Part shown: in pieces, positions 8,873-18,457 of the stretch
How positions within the stretch are numbered: the stretch's first letter is position 1
Layout: each line of letters starts with the position of its first letter
From: Bdellovibrionales bacterium
GTDB lineage: Bacteria; Bdellovibrionota; Bdellovibrionia; Bdellovibrionales; UBA1609
Assembly (NCBI GenBank): GCA_041690295.1
Contig: JAWLHR010000005.1
Span: forward strand, 1-64,000
Direction: 5' to 3'
Length of the DNA stretch: 64,000 nucleotides
Translations under genes and position numbers: made by a program
Notes under the pieces: model-generated
The model's input: only the letters and a program-made list of their open reading frames with translations
The model's database searches: none
Told to the model about the DNA's origin: nothing

Positions 8873-10034
8873 GAACCTGAATCGCATACTTTGCGCCGTG
8901 ACCGTATCGACGTTCGGCAACTGGCTGACGTTTATCGCCATTGCTTTATTGATCGGTGAGCGATTTGGCGCGGCTAAAGTCGCGTATGCTTTTCTGGTTC
9001 AAGGTTTACCACCGCTTCTTTTCTCACATAAAGTCAGTCAGTGGACGAACCGGTTTCATCGCGGCCGTCTTTACGCCGGGCTTGAGATTTTGGGAGCACT
9101 CAATGTATTGAGCCTTCTTTTTTCTCAATCCATCATTCACATTTATATTTATCTGTTTATCGCCGCGACGATTCGGACCATCACGAATCCGTTGTTCAAC
9201 TCTTTTGTTAAGGATTGGATCGAGCCCGAGCACATGACCTCTGCTTTCAGGCAGGTGGGTGCCGTCAGCTCATTCACCTTGGCCGCGGGTCCCGCATTGG
9301 GTGGAACCATTTCGGCCTATTTCGGATATGAGATGTTGTTTGTCACTGATGCCGTGTTGTTGGTGCTCGCGGTGTCATTTGTTTTTCCTTTACTCAAGGG
9401 CACGAGTCCGGCCTCGCCCCAAGTGGCGACTCCCACGAGATTTCAGGTGCTTCCAAGTTTTGAGCCGAACCTCAATCAGGTGATCTGGATCTGGTTCGCG
9501 CTCATTTTGGTCGGCGCGTGGCTGAACGGAATTGAATTTCCAGTTCTATTCGCCGCGGGATTCGACAAAGTGCAAATCGGAACGGTTTTAAGTTCATGGG
9601 GATTGGGTTCGTTGGCCTCGATCGTGGTGACTCGGCGGGGAATACAGTTATCAGCGCCGGTTTTGATTGCCACCATGACCCTAGGTTTGGCGGGATTCGT
9701 GGTTTCGAGGGATCTGATCGTGACTTGCTTGAGTTTTGTGATCGGCGGATGTGCTTATGTGCTGTTTTCTGGTGCACTGAAGGCGCGGATCCAAAATGAA
9801 ATCAGTGAAAATGAGGATTCGGTGAAAGTTTGGTCCTACGTGAATCAAGGGGTCAACCTCATTAACGTTTTAACTTATTACGGGCTAGGTTTGCTTATTG
9901 AGAAAACCCCATTGGGGTGGCTGGGATTTGGTTTGATACTGTTGTCGGTATTCCTATTGGGTATAAGCGTGCGGTATTTGGGTGGTCCGAGCGCTGAATT
10001 TAAGAAGGAGAGTAAGTATGAGGTTCGTTCTTAG
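8859..10034 (+). CDS. MFS transporter (efflux type)
   Basis: About 12 hydrophobic segments; VSTFGNWLT, GPALGG; overlaps the oxygenase stop. Confidence 0.85.
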   Translation: MTSTKNLNRILCAVTVSTFGNWLTFIAIALLIGERFGAAKVAYAFLVQGLPPLLFSHKVSQWTNRFHRGRLYAGLEILGALNVLSLLFSQSIIHIYIYLFIAATIRTITNPLFNSFVKDWIEPEHMTSAFRQVGAVSSFTLAAGPALGGTISAYFGYEMLFVTDAVLLVLAVSFVFPLLKGTSPASPQVATPTRFQVLPSFEPNLNQVIWIWFALILVGAWLNGIEFPVLFAAGFDKVQIGTVLSSWGLGSLASIVVTRRGIQLSAPVLIATMTLGLAGFVVSRDLIVTCLSFVIGGCAYVLFSGALKARIQNEISENEDSVKVWSYVNQGVNLINVLTYYGLGLLIEKTPLGWLGFGLILLSVFLLGISVRYLGGPSAEFKKESKYEVRS

Positions 10035-10512
10035 TCTTTTAATTTTAGCTATGGCTCAGGCGGGATTCGCCCAAGATTTGGGTCAGTCCGTGAAGTTTAA
10101 AGTTGAAGATGGTAAGCCGGAGTTCAGTTTGTTTTATGGAGAAAATCCAAAAACGTGGTTGCTATCCGCAACCTTTAGGCCGCGTGATCTTTCAGCAAAT
10201 TCTTTTTTCTCGGTTGTTTCGTGGACTTTATTTGATTCAAAGGCGGGAGAGTTTATAACAGGTTGGCGTACGGCGTGGGATCGTCCGGCGCAGTTTCCTG
10301 GTGATATCGGGTTTTTGCTTGAGCTGACAGAGGAAGAAGCCACATTAGCGACGCGATCATTGCCGGATTTGAAAGTTGTGTTCTCCGTGAACCACGGTTC
10401 AACGCCGGCACCAACCCATTTTGTGGATTTGGGAGCGTACTGCGATACTCATCCGAATTTCTTTATTAATTTCGACGACGAAAATGCCGCCGGTTGCGTT
10501 CGTTCGAACTAA
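10018..10512 (+). CDS. Secreted hypothetical protein
   Basis: AAGGAG RBS at 10005-10010, signal peptide MRFVLSLLILAMAQAGFA, overlaps the MFS stop, two C-terminal Cys. Confidence 0.75.
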   Translation: MRFVLSLLILAMAQAGFAQDLGQSVKFKVEDGKPEFSLFYGENPKTWLLSATFRPRDLSANSFFSVVSWTLFDSKAGEFITGWRTAWDRPAQFPGDIGFLLELTEEEATLATRSLPDLKVVFSVNHGSTPAPTHFVDLGAYCDTHPNFFINFDDENAAGCVRSN

Positions 10513-10815
10513 ACTCAAAAAATTTTGAATGGCGTATAATATACGCTTAAGGTCCTGCTGCTCCTGGGCGTGGATTGTATTAGCTCTTCCAGCACGATTC
10601 CCACGAGCAATAGATCCGCCAATCCGTCAAATACTCGGGAACGGAATTCACCACGTCGTCGACGATTTTTCACGGTACTTACTTCTTTTGATTATTCTGA
10701 GGCCATAAAAAGATTCTAAAAACTCCTGAAATTTTAGCCCGACAGTTTGCATTTGAGAGTCGTTGATGTTTATTTTCTTGGGAACCTCGACAATCAAACC
10801 GTTTCAATGAGGGCA

Positions 10816-12384
10816 ATGAACGAAGTCTCGCTGCATAATGTTGATGTCGCAATTATGGCGACTTATTTCGTTATCGTTTTCTTGATCGGGTTTTACGTCT
10901 CACGTCGGACGAAATCGGACGAAGATCTTTTTCTGGCGGGCCGAAGCCTGGGATTCTTTTCAATCGGCCTTTCTCTTTTCGCCTCGAATATATCGAGTTC
11001 GTCCATGATCGGTTTGGCAGGGGCCGCGTATTCCCATGGGATTGCCGTTTCAAATTACGAGTGGATGGCTGCGGTCGTCTTGGTTTTCGTGGCTTGTTTT
11101 TACATTCCCGTCTATCTGAACGCCAGGATCACGACGATCCCTGAATTTTTGTTGAAACGCTTTGGGGGATTTTCAAATCGGTATTTTTCGGCGGTTACGA
11201 TATTCTTAAGCATTATCGTGGACACGGCGGGCGGACTTTATGCCGGTTCGCTCGTATTGATCACTCTGATCCCTCAGTTGGACTTATACACCACGTGCGT
11301 GGCACTGGCTCTGGTCACCGGAATTTATACGGCAGCGGGAGGCTTGCGGGCCGTCGTTTACACCGATGTCATACAAGCAATCGTCTTGCTTATCGGTTGC
11401 GGGCTGACGACGTTTATTCTTTTCAGTCACTACGACTTCAGTTGGACCGCGCTTCGCGCGTCGGTTCCCGCGGATCGCTTATCTCTGATTCGACCGCTGA
11501 ATGACCCTCAGCTCCCGTGGCTCGGAACGTTGACCGGAGTTCCCATATTGGGATTCTGGTATTGGGCGACCAACCAATACATTACACAGAGAATTTTGGC
11601 GGCGAAGAATATTTCTCATGCCCGATGGGGGGCGATGCTGGGTGGAGTTCTTAAGCTGACACCTCTCTTCCTAATGGTTCTTCCCGGCTCGATGGCCATT
11701 GGAATCTTTCCGGACCTTCCGAATCCGGACATGGTTTTTCCCACATTGGTGACAAAGATTTTACCGGTCGGAGTGACAGGATTAGTTTTGGCGGGACTGA
11801 TCGCCGCGATCATGTCGAGTATCGATTCAACTTTAAATTCGGCGTCAACACTCATTATTCATGATTTTGTGAAAGCGCGGAATCCTATGCTATCCGCTCG
11901 TCAAATGGCTTTTTATGGCCGAATTACCACTTTGATTCTCATGATCATTGCCGCGCTTTGGGCGCCAATGATTTCAAGATTCGGCGGACTGATTTTTTAT
12001 CTTCAACAGTCGTTCGCGATTTTGGTGCCGCCGGTAACGACCATTTTTCTCTTGGGAGTTTTCACGACATGGGGCGGGAAACGGACATGTTTAGGGACGT
12101 TAATTGCCGGACATGCCATGGGAGTTCTGTTTTTTGTACTCGGTGAAATGGGATCTATCGGAATTCATTTCACCATCATCGCTGGAATCACGACTCTTCT
12201 CAGCGCGTCCGTGTATTTTCTTTTGGCGCTTGTCTTTAAAGAAACGAATATTGGAGTCCGTGATTTCCTTGTGAGCGCGAAGACGATTTTGCCCATAAAA
12301 CGATATCCACTTTACCTCGACTATCGCGTGCACGGGTTGATTATTTTGAGTTTGGTTGGTTTGAAACTCTACGCGTTCTGGTAG
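10816..12384 (+). CDS. Sodium:solute symporter (SSS/SLC5, SGLT-like)
   Basis: FLAGRS, SLFASNI, GLAG, GGLRAVVYTDVIQ, NQYITQRILAAK, AAIMSSIDSTLNSASTL. Confidence 0.93.
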   Translation: MNEVSLHNVDVAIMATYFVIVFLIGFYVSRRTKSDEDLFLAGRSLGFFSIGLSLFASNISSSSMIGLAGAAYSHGIAVSNYEWMAAVVLVFVACFYIPVYLNARITTIPEFLLKRFGGFSNRYFSAVTIFLSIIVDTAGGLYAGSLVLITLIPQLDLYTTCVALALVTGIYTAAGGLRAVVYTDVIQAIVLLIGCGLTTFILFSHYDFSWTALRASVPADRLSLIRPLNDPQLPWLGTLTGVPILGFWYWATNQYITQRILAAKNISHARWGAMLGGVLKLTPLFLMVLPGSMAIGIFPDLPNPDMVFPTLVTKILPVGVTGLVLAGLIAAIMSSIDSTLNSASTLIIHDFVKARNPMLSARQMAFYGRITTLILMIIAALWAPMISRFGGLIFYLQQSFAILVPPVTTIFLLGVFTTWGGKRTCLGTLIAGHAMGVLFFVLGEMGSIGIHFTIIAGITTLLSASVYFLLALVFKETNIGVRDFLVSAKTILPIKRYPLYLDYRVHGLIILSLVGLKLYAFW

Positions 12385-12492
12385 AGTTGTGAATAGCCTT
12401 GCACGCTGATTGGTTCAATGTGAAATCTAGTTACTTCAGGGTTGGATAAGAGTGTAATTTCGCCTCAAAACGAGTCAACCTGGGCTAAAGTC

Positions 12493-12519
12493 TAAAGTTC
12501 GATTTCTCAAGTCCGATAG
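12493..12519 (+). promoter_or_regulatory. Sigma-28 (FliA)-type promoter
   Basis: TAAAGTTC-N11-TCCGATAG upstream of the pilin-like gene at 12569. Confidence 0.7.
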
Positions 12520-12568
12520 AGTAAGTGGGCTTAATAGAAATTGTCTGTGGAAGGATGCGGGAACTCGC

Positions 12569-13123
12569 ATGTTCGGCAGACGAGCACTATTCAGCCTGAT
12601 TCTCATTTTCGCGGCGGCCGGCCTGGCTGTCGTTCGATTCAACGCATTTGCCACCACCAGCGTCGCCAACATTACGGTTGTCGGTTACGTGCCTTCCGTT
12701 TTCAGCGTGAGGTCGATCGGGCAACAAGTCGAACTCGACCTTTCGCCGGGAATCACTGTTTCAAACCGAACCATTGGTCTTCTTTCCTTCAAGTACAACG
12801 AAAACGTGCAGAGTCTAACTTTCGCCAGCGATACGCCAAGCGGTTTGCCGGAGGATTCGGGTGGAAATCCCTATAACTTCGGCGGAAGCGGCGACTTTTT
12901 GATTTCCATCCGTCCGGGTTGCGATACGGTCGATGCCGCTTATTACGCCGCCTTTCCGCTGACGAGTACCGGCGTGGACGTGAAAAGCGCGCTTTCTTCT
13001 TCTCTCACGACCGGGATTCAAGAAGAGTGCGAAGTTTTGGCCAGCTATGTGGGGACAAGCACCACTTTGCCGATGGCCGGCCGCTTTGAGATGAACATCG
13101 TTGTGACGATGACAAGCTTCTAA
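12569..13123 (+). CDS. Chaperone-usher pilin-like subunit (paralogue of 17619-18167)
   Basis: Signal peptide; G.VP.VFS, LDL.P, NR.IG.L.FKYN, two Cys and LP.AG shared with the major subunit. Confidence 0.7.
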   Translation: MFGRRALFSLILIFAAAGLAVVRFNAFATTSVANITVVGYVPSVFSVRSIGQQVELDLSPGITVSNRTIGLLSFKYNENVQSLTFASDTPSGLPEDSGGNPYNFGGSGDFLISIRPGCDTVDAAYYAAFPLTSTGVDVKSALSSSLTTGIQEECEVLASYVGTSTTLPMAGRFEMNIVVTMTSF

Positions 13124-13129
13124 GCGCGA

Positions 13130-14056
13130 TCAGTCCGTCGTGATCGCTGTAATCGTAACAGTGTCTTTGTATTGCCCCGCCAGAGGAAAACTCGGAAGCG
13201 TGCCGATTTCAACCCGTATCGGATAACCGAGCCCGGCCAGTGGCGTCTGCCCGCTGCTGCTAAGAACCGGCGCGGCTCCGGTCAAGTCCGCTTGCGCCCC
13301 ATTCACCGTGATCGTGTAGGGAATCAAGGTGCTGCCCGCCACATGTTTCATATTCCCGTTATTGGCGGAGCTGAAAGTCACTTGGTAGCCCGCATTCGTT
13401 CGCAAACGAAGATCGAAGCGGGCGACTTTTCCCGTATGAAGGGTGCCGAAGTCGATGGATTTCGTGGTGGCCGTCGGTTGAAAAACACCGCCCGTATCCA
13501 CGAGGGCGAGATCGATCATTTCAGGAACCGTGATATTCACGTTCACGGACGTACTGGCGTCGGGTGGATCCGCGAAGTTCGTGGGATCGTTGCCCTCATA
13601 GACATTAATCACGAAAGAGTCCGTGTAAGTGCCGGCGGGCACCAGTGTGGGCGTTGTGGCTTGGGCGAATGGAATGTCGAAGTAATACATCTCCACCTGC
13701 GGGCCGCCGCCCGCGGGCATGGTCACCATGATCACGTCATTGGCGGACGTGATATCCGGCGCGGTTTTTAAAACCAACGATTTGCCGCTGTCCTTGTAGA
13801 CCTGGTAATGGATATTTCCATTTGTGCCCGCCGCCTGACGGACATAGCTGCCCGCTCCACCTTGCGTGAAGCCAAGTCCAAATGTACAGGTGCCTGGATC
13901 GGTTTTTGAAACTTGGATGGAGATGGCGAGAGAAGTCCAGTTGAGATCCCATTCCACGTTCAAGTCGCTGGCTAGAACACTGATGCCACAGGCGGCGCGG
14001 GCGAAATCAGATAAGAAAAAAACTAATACCGAGATCATGACATTGGTCATTCTCAT
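13130..14056 (-). CDS. Chaperone-usher tip adhesin or minor pilin (two spore-coat-U/Csu-like domains)
   Basis: Signal peptide, N-terminal Cys pair, PAGTYTDS and AGQYKDTVTITA pilin C-terminal motifs. Confidence 0.75.
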   Translation of the reverse strand: MRMTNVMISVLVFFLSDFARAACGISVLASDLNVEWDLNWTSLAISIQVSKTDPGTCTFGLGFTQGGAGSYVRQAAGTNGNIHYQVYKDSGKSLVLKTAPDITSANDVIMVTMPAGGGPQVEMYYFDIPFAQATTPTLVPAGTYTDSFVINVYEGNDPTNFADPPDASTSVNVNITVPEMIDLALVDTGGVFQPTATTKSIDFGTLHTGKVARFDLRLRTNAGYQVTFSSANNGNMKHVAGSTLIPYTITVNGAQADLTGAAPVLSSSGQTPLAGLGYPIRVEIGTLPSFPLAGQYKDTVTITAITTD

Positions 14057-16749
14057 CAGGGGCTCCTTGGTTTCAACTTAAGTGGCGGCATTTTGTATTC
14101 GGTGCCGGCGCTTTTCGGAATCTCGAATTCGACTGGGTCAAAACTTCCACCGTCGACAACTTCAAGACGGTACCGCGAGGGACGGAATCCTTCGGACCTC
14201 AGCAATCCCTCGCGATTGGTGAAGACCATCACAGGTTCGCGCGACGTATCGTTGAGGTCGATCGCGCGAGCACCAATCAGGCCCGCCGGAGTTCCGTCAT
14301 CCTTCAAGAGCTGAGTATCCAAGTAAACGGTGGCATCGCTTCCGATCGGGATGGCATAACCCGATTTGTATTTTGGTTTCACGAGGAAACTGTCACGCGG
14401 AACGGCCGTACCGGGTTTCAAGCTTTTGGTGTCCACTTGAATGCCTGAAATGCTGTACGACGGAATTTCCGGATAAACCGCGGATCCAAGCCAGTCGGTA
14501 TGAGCCACGTGCGCTCCGGTGGTTTGCGGGTTGATTCGCACATTCTGCCCTTTCAAACTCTCGAGCGGAACCAGAACCGCGAAACTGTCCTGCACCGGAC
14601 GGGAAATGGCGAAGTGTCCGCCGGCGAAGACCAGCGCCGTACCCAGATTCAAACGCGTGTAGTTGATGGATTTCGTGCTCGTTTCAACCGCCTGATTGGG
14701 ATCGGTTTGCTCTTCAGGCATGGACACTTGGTGAGTGGCGTTCAGGCGCACACGGTTACCGCTGTAATCGAATGCTCCACCGTAACTTTTCTCGCCGTCA
14801 TCGTCTTCGAAATTAGCTTGCGCCGCCAGGGCGCCGGCGCCCTGATGAGGTTGATACCCCCACTCGGCGCGGGATCGGCCTGAGATCGTGTCGGTGTTGG
14901 CCGTTACGTACTGCCGCTCCTCGGGCATTGAATAAATCAAATAGGCCATGAGCCCGAGGCTCTCCGCTCCGGCCGGCGTTCGTTGATGCCGGAGATTGAA
15001 CGAAGTGGAAAAACCTTTGTTCCAGCGCCGGTTCAGTCCCACCGTCAGCGCGAAGCTTCGGATCAGATCGTCCGCGGGATTCACCGGGCGATTGAATTGG
15101 TAGGTGTATTGGATGTTCAAGTTTGTCGTGGCATTCACGTTCCTTGAATGGGTGGCGAGAATTCTCGCGGCGATCGGATAGTCGCGATCGGAAGTGTTTC
15201 CGAATTCCAAGAAGTCTTCGCTATAGCCGGTGAATTCAAGCGCGAAAAAGCGGCGGCGCCTTTCTTTACCGACGTAATTCTGGAAAACATATCGCAATCG
15301 ACCAGCGTATCCCGAGCCGTAGCCGGCGGCCACGCTGTACGCGGGTTCGAGGGCGAAGAAACCGATTCCCGTGGCCAGAACGGATTCCAGTCCGTAGACG
15401 GTGTGCTCACGGTTTTGTTGAAAGTTCAAGCCGGCGGTGAACTTCTGAGTGACGCCAATTCGATGATAGGCCGAGATGATGGTGTTTTTTGAATCATATT
15501 CCCGCTCACCGCCGGTGTCTTTCGAGGGGGCGCCGACCGCGTAGGAAATCTCGTTAAGCCCTGGCTTTAAAAGAGTGTTGTTTGAAAAGTACGAGTAATC
15601 CCTGGTTTCGGTTCGTCCGGTGTCATCGGTAATTTCTAGTTTAAGATCATTCAATCCGCTCGCGAACGGAAAGTCCCGCAGATTGTGTTTGCCGGCGGGA
15701 AGGTGAAGGATTTGAATCAAGCGATCATTCAAGTAAACGGCGACTTTGGATGGTCGCGCGAGAAAAAGTTCATAACTCCCGCTGGGGTGAGTGAGCAGGG
15801 AAGGTCGTAGGCTGAATTGGCTGAAAACCGCGGCGCCTCCCATCGGCCGGAACATTTGAAATCCCGTGACCGGATAGGACAAGTCACCGGCCTGGGCGCG
15901 CAAGAGTTTGCGTTCCCAATCGTAAACCGCGCGGACATCCTCGCGAACAAAGGGCGGATTTTTACTGTCGATTTCTTTTCGTGGCTCCGTCCACCGTCCG
16001 CGCGCTTCGATCAATAATCCACCGAGGCGGGTGCCGCTATCCAAGCTGGCGGTCACTGGCTCCCGTCCGTTCTCGAGTTCGGGAGCATCGGAGCGAAAAA
16101 CCTGAGAAAAATTGGCGTTAATAAAGCTGCTGAACCAGGATGGATGATCAGTCGGATCGTAAGAGTAACTGGAGCCCGACTTGAAAAGTGAAGAGATCTT
16201 CTCCGATCGAAGCTCAGGTGGAACATGTATTCGCAATTCCAGAGCCGATTCGTCAAAATTAATTTTCACTTCCGGATCGGCGAATCGGCTGAGCGGCACC
16301 ATGCATTCGGTTTTGCCTTTGCACTCGCTACGCAAGTCGTTCAGTTTCTTGAGCCACGCTTTATCCACAACCTGGTCAAGAATGACAAACAAAGCGTTGG
16401 CATCGGCTTCCACCGTCAGCTCGGAAGGGGTTTGTGTAACCACGGTTTTGATTTTCGCCAGAGCCGTTTCCATGCGCTCGTAAAAAACCGGCATGTAGAC
16501 GACGGTGGGAGGCGCGGCGGCGGAAGATTTTTTAAAAAACTGCTGTTGAATTTCCTCGTCGCTCAGTTCGCGCCGAGTGGACGTGTCGACGCCTTTGAGG
16601 TGTTTCTCGTCGAACTCTTTGGGTTTAGGGCCCTCTTTTACGGTTCTGGTTTCCTGAGGAGCACTCGGGGGCATTTGCGCCATCACGGATGGCGCGAGAA
16701 TTGTTAAGAAGACGATAAAATTCGGAAGGCTATTTCTTAGCCACGTCAA
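14056..16749 (-). CDS. Fimbrial outer-membrane usher protein
   Basis: 897 aa with signal peptide; AGDL, V.VYLN...LPAG..NL.DFP...GLND, DDTGR, LL.PG..E.SY..G, ISRPV.DSF. Confidence 0.9.
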   Translation of the reverse strand: MTWLRNSLPNFIVFLTILAPSVMAQMPPSAPQETRTVKEGPKPKEFDEKHLKGVDTSTRRELSDEEIQQQFFKKSSAAAPPTVVYMPVFYERMETALAKIKTVVTQTPSELTVEADANALFVILDQVVDKAWLKKLNDLRSECKGKTECMVPLSRFADPEVKINFDESALELRIHVPPELRSEKISSLFKSGSSYSYDPTDHPSWFSSFINANFSQVFRSDAPELENGREPVTASLDSGTRLGGLLIEARGRWTEPRKEIDSKNPPFVREDVRAVYDWERKLLRAQAGDLSYPVTGFQMFRPMGGAAVFSQFSLRPSLLTHPSGSYELFLARPSKVAVYLNDRLIQILHLPAGKHNLRDFPFASGLNDLKLEITDDTGRTETRDYSYFSNNTLLKPGLNEISYAVGAPSKDTGGEREYDSKNTIISAYHRIGVTQKFTAGLNFQQNREHTVYGLESVLATGIGFFALEPAYSVAAGYGSGYAGRLRYVFQNYVGKERRRRFFALEFTGYSEDFLEFGNTSDRDYPIAARILATHSRNVNATTNLNIQYTYQFNRPVNPADDLIRSFALTVGLNRRWNKGFSTSFNLRHQRTPAGAESLGLMAYLIYSMPEERQYVTANTDTISGRSRAEWGYQPHQGAGALAAQANFEDDDGEKSYGGAFDYSGNRVRLNATHQVSMPEEQTDPNQAVETSTKSINYTRLNLGTALVFAGGHFAISRPVQDSFAVLVPLESLKGQNVRINPQTTGAHVAHTDWLGSAVYPEIPSYSISGIQVDTKSLKPGTAVPRDSFLVKPKYKSGYAIPIGSDATVYLDTQLLKDDGTPAGLIGARAIDLNDTSREPVMVFTNREGLLRSEGFRPSRYRLEVVDGGSFDPVEFEIPKSAGTEYKMPPLKLKPRSP

Positions 16750-17470
16750 CGGAGACCTTCACCGGTCCAGCCGGAACATTGCTCGGCCAGGGAATCACGA
16801 ACTTGCGTGATTTTCCGGCCAGGATATTGTTCGTGCCAATTTTCTTCGCCAAATCCTGTGGCATTTCGAATTCTTTGTCCTTGGCGGTGATCTTAAACTT
16901 CGGAGTTCTTAAAATCGTATGCTGCGTGCCCCGATTTTCCATAACAATCACCATTTCATTGTTTTTGCCTTCTTTCGAAAGCGAGGCCTCGATTTTTAAA
17001 TCCGGTTTGGCGCCGTTGGGAGTGACGTAAAGAGATCCCACGTATTTGGTGGCGATGGCGATGGAGGCCACGGCCTTGTTTTTAACCCGGTTCGGATCGC
17101 TCACGTTGATCGGAAACTCTTCAGCGATAATCCGGTAGGCGAGTTCTTTTTTGATTTTAGGATCTCCCACATAGGTGATGCGGATGGTTCGCTTCTCTTT
17201 GGGATTCAAGATCACTTGAGTGGGGAAGATCTGAAAGTTTTCACCGTTATCTTTATCGGTGTACTTCTCTTTGCCGTTCTCATCCGGGTCGCGCTTGTAA
17301 ATGGAGATTTGAACGGGCGTTTTGTTGTCGTCGCCGTTGGTCAGCGTGATGGCGGTCGTCGCGCCGGGTCCGCTGGGAGTCATCTTGACCACGATAGGTG
17401 ACATATCGAAAGCCGCGTGGGCCGATGCGGCCCAAAGTCCTAAGATCAAGAGTAAATGCGATCCGTGCAT
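16730..17470 (-). CDS. Periplasmic fimbrial chaperone (PapD-like N-domain)
   Basis: FPTQVILNPKEKRTIRI, ELAYRIIAEEFP, NRGTQH, ILAGKSR. Confidence 0.88.
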   Translation of the reverse strand: MHGSHLLLILGLWAASAHAAFDMSPIVVKMTPSGPGATTAITLTNGDDNKTPVQISIYKRDPDENGKEKYTDKDNGENFQIFPTQVILNPKEKRTIRITYVGDPKIKKELAYRIIAEEFPINVSDPNRVKNKAVASIAIATKYVGSLYVTPNGAKPDLKIEASLSKEGKNNEMVIVMENRGTQHTILRTPKFKITAKDKEFEMPQDLAKKIGTNNILAGKSRKFVIPWPSNVPAGPVKVSVDVAKK

Positions 17471-17539
17471 TTTTCCTCCTCGTATTACATTGATGTAGAT
17501 TAAGAAAGTGTGGAGGGGCTTGCAATGCGACCGAGGTCT

Positions 17540-17579
17540 AAAAAGACAAACGGCCCGTCTGAAGAACGGGCCCGTTGTC
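17540..17579 (-). terminator. Intrinsic terminator or attenuator after the major pilin gene
   Basis: GACAAACGGCCCGT / ACGGGCCCGTTGTC near-perfect 14-bp inverted repeat followed by TTTTT on the minus strand. Confidence 0.75.
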
Positions 17580-17618
17580 GTATTGAAGAGGGGTACAACT
17601 TCGAATCTTAGCTTGCGA

Positions 17619-18167
17619 TTACTGTGACACCATCGTCACGGTGATGGTCATCGAGTAAACACCGGCCAAAGGTAAGGAAGCCGTTGTGCCACCCCAGCTG
17701 GCGGTCAAGTGGCAATCTTCGATCACACCATTTCCACCGTTGTTGGCGAGGTCGCGGGCTTCATCCGAAGCCGCTTCAACCGGAGCCGACAGAACGACGT
17801 CAGTGATGTCGGCTTCATCGATGGAAAAGCAGTCGGGCGTAATGCTGACCGAAAAGTCAGTGCCGAAATCATAGGCGTCGCCGGCCGCGTTTTCCGGCAT
17901 ACCGGAACCTGTGCTCGATTCAAAGGTGATCGTGTCGACGTCTTGGTTGTATTTGAAGTGAAGAATTCCAATCAAACGGTTCTGGACTTCAACGTTCGGA
18001 GTGAGATCGAGGTCGCCCGGAAGACCGCGTGCGGTCAAGCTGAAAACCGTGGGCACGTTACCGCTCAGCTCGAGAGTGGCAATGGCCGTATCGATCGCGA
18101 AAACATTGGGTCCCATGGTGGCCAACATCACGGCCATCACGATTCTGAGATACTTGATTGGATTCAT
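17619..18167 (-). CDS. Chaperone-usher major pilin subunit
   Basis: First gene of the pilin-chaperone-usher-adhesin operon; GAGGAG RBS, signal peptide, LPLAGVYSMTITVTMVSQ C-terminus. Confidence 0.75.
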   Translation of the reverse strand: MNPIKYLRIVMAVMLATMGPNVFAIDTAIATLELSGNVPTVFSLTARGLPGDLDLTPNVEVQNRLIGILHFKYNQDVDTITFESSTGSGMPENAAGDAYDFGTDFSVSITPDCFSIDEADITDVVLSAPVEAASDEARDLANNGGNGVIEDCHLTASWGGTTASLPLAGVYSMTITVTMVSQ

Positions 18168-18201
18168 AGTTGTCTCCTCTGCAATTGATTGCACGATTTG
18201 C

Positions 18202-18229
18202 TTATCGTTCGAGGATTTGTGGAACTTGA
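18202..18229 (-). promoter_or_regulatory. Sigma-28-like promoter of the pilus operon
   Basis: TCAAGTTC-N12-AACGATAA on the minus strand. Confidence 0.5.
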
Positions 18230-18422
18230 ACCTCTGGTATTCGAAATCAAAATGAGCGCCGAACTTTGGTCCGGCGAAGGCGTCAAAATTTCGTGGTCTT
18301 GCGATCGATTTTCCCGATCATAGTCCTGGTTCTGACCGGTATTTCACCGCCTTTGGTCCAGAAAAGCCCGACCAAAGCACAAATTTTCTGAAGGCGCCCA
18401 CAATTTTCCGACACGCCCTCGG

Positions 18423-18450
18423 TTAAGTCCATGGTCGAGCTGGCCGAAAA
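18423..18450 (+). promoter_or_regulatory. Sigma-28-like promoter of the LysM gene
   Basis: TTAAGTCC-N12-GCCGAAAA, 7 nt before ATG 18458. Confidence 0.5.
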
Positions 18451-18457
18451 GACAGGC

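Noticed and set aside
13172..16707. Long plus-strand ORFs opposite the usher and adhesin, and similar antisense ORFs elsewhere
   Set aside because: Shadow frames of well-supported genes, with no RBS or domain motifs
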